From Folioceros fuciformis (Eukaryota): 35,854 nucleotides of DNA. The translations under genes and the position numbers were made by a program. How positions within the stretch are numbered: position 1 is the stretch's first letter; every line of letters begins with the position of its first letter. Below the pieces are notes generated by a model, which worked only from the letters and a program-made list of their open reading frames with translations, ran no database searches and was not told where the DNA came from. The stretch lies in the NCBI GenBank assembly GCA_049999805.1, contig JBNGIO010005637.1:1-35854 (forward strand). The letters are read 5' to 3'. Below are positions 35,773 to 35,854 of this stretch, one piece after another.

Positions 35773-35854
35773 CCTCATGCCGGTCTCATAGTAGGTCCTC
35801 ATGCCGCTCTCATAGTAGGTCCTCATGCCGGTCTCATAGTAGGTCCTCATGCCG
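35773..35854. repeat. 24-bp tandem repeat (CCTCATGCCGGTCTCATAGTAGGT), ~3.5 copies, runs off the window
   Basis: Read directly. Confidence 0.92.

Overview
Eukaryotic, plant-type DNA, probably from a non-seed streptophyte (inferred, species not identifiable), with three 100-N gaps (2464-2563, 4864-4963, 16519-16618). The left ~21 kb is a nested stack of decayed transposons. It holds two Ty1/Copia pseudo-elements in opposite orientation; the LTR I assign to the + strand element cuts the RNase H of the - strand one. A 1,440-bp non-coding element with terminal inverted repeats (TIRs) and an unusual 4-bp (or 2-bp) target duplication splits the Copia protease motif. There is also a solo LTR, a decayed retroelement accessory ORF, and a probable ~2.4-kb LTR carrying tandem arrays and a non-canonical primer site. 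A full-length but inactivated PIF/Harbinger transposon (TAA target duplication, convergent Myb/SANT and DDE genes) sits inside that LTR. The right ~12 kb is one apparently intact gene, the plant spastizin (ZFYVE26/SPG15-like) homolog; my manual model has 38 coding exons and about 2,556 aa. A composite block of tandem repeats follows it. I see no CRISPR array, RNA gene or prokaryotic system. The best candidates for something undescribed are the unclassifiable TIR element, the antisense ORF in the Copia 3' region and the LTR with the atypical primer site.
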